From assembly GCA_032718475.1 (NCBI GenBank), contig JAUCBJ010006746.1, positions 19,682-83,681 of the forward strand: a stretch of 64,000 nucleotides of DNA, given 5' to 3'. Each line of letters starts with the position of its first letter. Within the stretch, counting starts at the first letter, position 1. The DNA is from Nemertoderma westbladi (taxonomy: Eukaryota; Animalia; Xenacoelomorpha). The notes under the pieces are model-generated. The model did no database searches and was not told the DNA's origin. It saw nothing but the letters and a program-made list of their open reading frames with translations. Both the position numbers and the translations under genes were made by a program. Below, one piece after another: positions 63,788 through 64,000 of this stretch.

Positions 63788-64000
63788 CTAACAAAAACAG
63801 TACGAAATAATCCAAATTAATTCCACACATAAAAGAAAATTTTATTTAGCGAATTGCTTATATATGCTAAGTAATGCGTGAAATCTAATCGATATCAGAT
63901 ACTACCACGCAATATATTACAAAACTTATCAAGGGAGCTCTGGAAGGTGGATTAGCACGCATGAATAGAATGTTAGTTGAAACGTCAGGCACCAAACGCA

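Overview
This is AT-rich metazoan (invertebrate-like) nuclear DNA, not prokaryotic. The main gene is the 3' end of a tensin-family gene (SH2 + PTB domains) on the minus strand. Six coding exons with GT-AG boundaries and compatible phases can be reconstructed: 63787-63614, 59072-58932, 58519-58337, 57747-57536, 56179-56025 and 17393-17252. Its last intron (17394-56024, 38,631 bp) is almost entirely a 46-bp satellite of ~837 copies. The monomer is the exon/intron junction of the penultimate exon: the last 32 coding nt plus the GTAAGT donor and 14 intron nt. The real donor is therefore followed by ~800 near-identical decoy donors. Downstream lies an intronless ORF for a basic/Ser-rich protein with two tandem MS4A/CD20-like 4-TM units. 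The left 12 kb is a nest of mobile DNA. It holds a full-length P-superfamily (THAP) transposon with 59-bp TIRs, a 7-bp TSD and an intact transposase, carrying a MITE and inserted upstream of a frameshifted coiled-coil ORF. A TA-targeting MITE follows. Two tRNA-derived SINEs lie at ~14.6-16 kb. The other tensin introns contain LINE fragments, a 30/32-bp minisatellite and a MULE-type foldback element with a 9-bp TSD. All calls come from reading the sequence and from recalled family motifs; no searches were run.
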